Source: an uncultured archaeon (GTDB lineage Archaea > Iainarchaeota > Iainarchaeia > Iainarchaeales > DATDZZ01). Taken from it: 32,000 nucleotides of DNA. The stretch is from positions 139,241 to 171,240 of the forward strand of contig CAYJVY010000001.1 in assembly GCA_964373795.1 (NCBI GenBank). Direction: 5' to 3'. Numbering within the stretch: the first letter of the stretch is position 1; every line of letters starts with the position of its first letter. The notes beneath the pieces are model-generated. The model saw only the letters and a list, made by a program, of their open reading frames with translations. It was not told the origin of the DNA and did not search any database. Below are positions 30,687 through 32,000 of the stretch, one piece after another. The position numbers and the translations under genes are program-made.

Positions 30687-30700
30687 TTTCTTTTTTTTTT
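30687..30700 (+). terminator. Oligo-T tract (TTT C T10) after rpoA'', a candidate archaeal terminator of the RNAP operon
   Basis: Read directly, 6 nt after the rpoA'' stop. Archaeal RNAP is known to terminate at oligo-T runs. Confidence 0.45.
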
Positions 30701-30720
30701 ACATTTCATTTAAGATTTAC

Positions 30721-31188
30721 ATGAATAAAAAGGATTTGAAAATCTTGGTTCAAGAAATTGTTAAACAAGCTTCCATTCTTAAAAACAAGCACACTAATGA
30801 AACTCTTGCACAAGTAAATTATGCTTGCATTTTTTCTCAAAACAAAGAAGAGTATGGCTCTTTAGTTAAGGTTTCAAAAACAATTGGTAAAGTCTTAGAA
30901 GAAATGCCTACTGGGTTGCTTTTTCAAATCAAGCCGTTAAAAACTGTTTCAGGAATTCTTCGATTATTAAAAATTCGGATTCCAGATGTTTCACGACCAG
31001 AAAAAGGTGATGCAGATTTCACTGTTTCAAATTATTCTGGTTTCAAGAAAAAATATATTTTTCAAAAAGGATTCAAGTTAATAAAAAAACGCGAAGATTT
31101 TGAAATGTTAGAACTAGTTGATTCTGAATTTAATGTACGAGCTTATTTTTCAAATTATCCTATGGACGAACAATTAGGCTTAAAGTAA
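30721..31188 (+). CDS. Hypothetical protein
   Basis: 155-aa ORF with clean coding-like composition. No motif I can name. Confidence 0.5.
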   Translation: MNKKDLKILVQEIVKQASILKNKHTNETLAQVNYACIFSQNKEEYGSLVKVSKTIGKVLEEMPTGLLFQIKPLKTVSGILRLLKIRIPDVSRPEKGDADFTVSNYSGFKKKYIFQKGFKLIKKREDFEMLELVDSEFNVRAYFSNYPMDEQLGLK

Positions 31189-31213
31189 TCTTCACTTGCC
31201 TTGCAAGATATTT

Positions 31214-31606
31214 TTAATAAAATTTCTTCTGCCAAATTTCTGGAAGCAAATCCCTAAGCTTAACCACTCTATTTTTTTCAATAATTATTTCCGTATCCAA
31301 ATTATTATTATTGATTTGATATATTATTTCTCTGCATCTTCCGCAAGGAGGTACAATTGTTCCACCATTTGTAACAGCTACAATTCTTTTAATCTTGTAT
31401 TCCTTATTAGTGACCATGTTTGCAATAGCGCTATGTTCAGCACAAAATCCTATACCACAACATGCATGAATGCTTACGCCGACATAGATGTTGTTTTTAT
31501 CAGTAATTAATGCACAGCCGACATCTCCAATTCTAACATCTTTTGATGCTTTATGTAATTTAGCCACTTTCTTGGCCCTCTTAATTAATTTGTTATTTGT
31601 CAGCAT
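31214..31606 (-). CDS. cdd: Cytidine deaminase
   Basis: Zinc-binding motifs CAEHSAI and PCGRCRE, 130 aa, homotetrameric CDA type. Confidence 0.9.
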   Translation of the reverse strand: MLTNNKLIKRAKKVAKLHKASKDVRIGDVGCALITDKNNIYVGVSIHACCGIGFCAEHSAIANMVTNKEYKIKRIVAVTNGGTIVPPCGRCREIIYQINNNNLDTEIIIEKNRVVKLRDLLPEIWQKKFY

Positions 31607-31678
31607 ATATTTCAGCTAGGCTAGTAATGTATTATGTTGTATTTATACTATTAATTAACTAATCTATTTAATAGAAAC

Positions 31679-31833
31679 TGCAGCTAGCGGGATTCGAACC
31701 CGCGTCAATGGCTTGCTCCAAACCTTTTTTGTAGATCTTTTTTTGTAGATCTTTTTTTGTAGATCTTTTTTTGCAAGCTTTTTCCTAAAAAGCTTTTGGG
31801 AAGCCACTATCCTAACCACTAGACTATGGCTGC
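31679..31833 (-). tRNA. tRNA-Gly(CCC) with an 83-nt intron at the canonical 37/38 position (intron 31714-31796)
   Basis: Hand-folded from the minus strand. Acceptor stem GCAGCCA/TAGCTGC has one C-A mismatch. The D arm is GTCT-AGTGGTTA-GGAT. The anticodon stem is GTGGC/GCCAT with loop TTCCCAA. The T arm is GCGGG-TTCGAAT-CCCGC, the discriminator is A, and CCA is not encoded. The BHB is as follows: helix 32-35 (UUCC) pairs with intron positions -3 to -6 (GGAG). Two 3-nt bulges, each CA|A, carry the splice sites. The outer helix pairs AAGCUUUU with AAAGGUUU. The mature tRNA is 72 nt. Confidence 0.85.
31731..31772. repeat. Three perfect 14-bp tandem units (plus strand GTAGATCTTTTTTT) inside the tRNA-Gly intron
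   Basis: Read directly at 31731-31744, 31745-31758 and 31759-31772. Each unit contains the AGATCT palindrome. A 9-bp inverted repeat, AAGCTTTTT-CCT-AAAAAGCTT, is adjacent at 31775-31795. Confidence 0.95.
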
Positions 31834-31963
31834 AATCTATTTCATCCAAGTTTGTGAAAGCTTTTTAAATTAATCTAATGAATTAATTTATTACAAGTGA
31901 GGAGCTTTACTAATTCAGAAAAGCTCTGAGTTTGCTCAAAGCTTTTCTTTTCAAAAGAAAAGC

Positions 31964-32000
31964 TTGCAAAAGAAATATTGCAAAGAAATATTGCAAAGAA
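31964..32000. repeat. Tandem 13-14-bp units TTGCAAA(A)GAAATA, about 2.8 copies, running off the window end
   Basis: Read directly at 31964-31977, 31978-31990 and 31991-32000+. A 13-bp-stem hairpin at 31918-31947 (GAAAAGCTCTGAG-TTTG-CTCAAAGCTTTTC, one mismatch) precedes them. Confidence 0.8.

Noticed and set aside
31196-31510. 104-aa plus-strand ORF
   Set aside because: It is antisense to cytidine deaminase, which has unambiguous zinc-binding motifs.
31714-31796. Box C/D sRNA encoded in the tRNA intron
   Set aside because: I searched by eye for RUGAUGA and CUGA boxes in the intron and found none.
31664-31849. 61-aa minus-strand ORF
   Set aside because: It coincides exactly with tRNA-Gly and its intron. 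The K-rich translation comes from the A-rich intron repeats.

Overview
AT-rich archaeal chromosome segment (G+C judged by eye at about 30%, not computed). The gene content is split RpoB and RpoA, PolD DP1/DP2, SepF, NAC, aCPSF1 and UPF0147, with short intergenic spacers, many TTG/GTG starts and GGTGA-like Shine-Dalgarno motifs. From this I infer a small-genome euryarchaeal-type or DPANN-like lineage. Most of the window is core information-processing genes: an operon of a 218-aa hypothetical, UPF0147, PolD-DP1 and PolD-DP2 on the minus strand, then NAC, FKBP, proteasome beta and aCPSF1. These are followed by an operon of rpoH, rpoB'', rpoB', rpoA' and rpoA'', then cytidine deaminase and an intron-containing tRNA-Gly. 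The first ~3 kb is an accessory islet, apparently more GC-rich by eye. It holds a 5'-complete but window-truncated tnpB (IS200/IS605-type RNA-guided nuclease), an AbiEi/AbiEii type IV toxin-antitoxin pair, and a frameshifted, truncated PD-(D/E)xK nuclease remnant. Items worth a second look: (1) two full-size LAGLIDADG inteins, one splitting beta-CASP motif C of aCPSF1 and one in the conserved ETPDGPQ/CGLVKN site of RpoB''. (2) A 137-aa signal-peptide/lipobox ORF sits exactly at the RpoB split point, in overlapping-codon contact with both halves. (3) tRNA-Gly(CCC) carries an 83-nt intron with a textbook BHB motif, a 9-bp hairpin and three perfect 14-nt tandem repeats. (4) A family of short TTGSAAARGAAA / AGATCT / AAGCTTTT repeats occurs in the rpoH leader, the tRNA intron and the window end. 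(5) A GC-rich 2 x 15-bp tandem repeat lies in the DP1-DP2 spacer. No CRISPR array, rRNA or C/D-box sRNA was seen.
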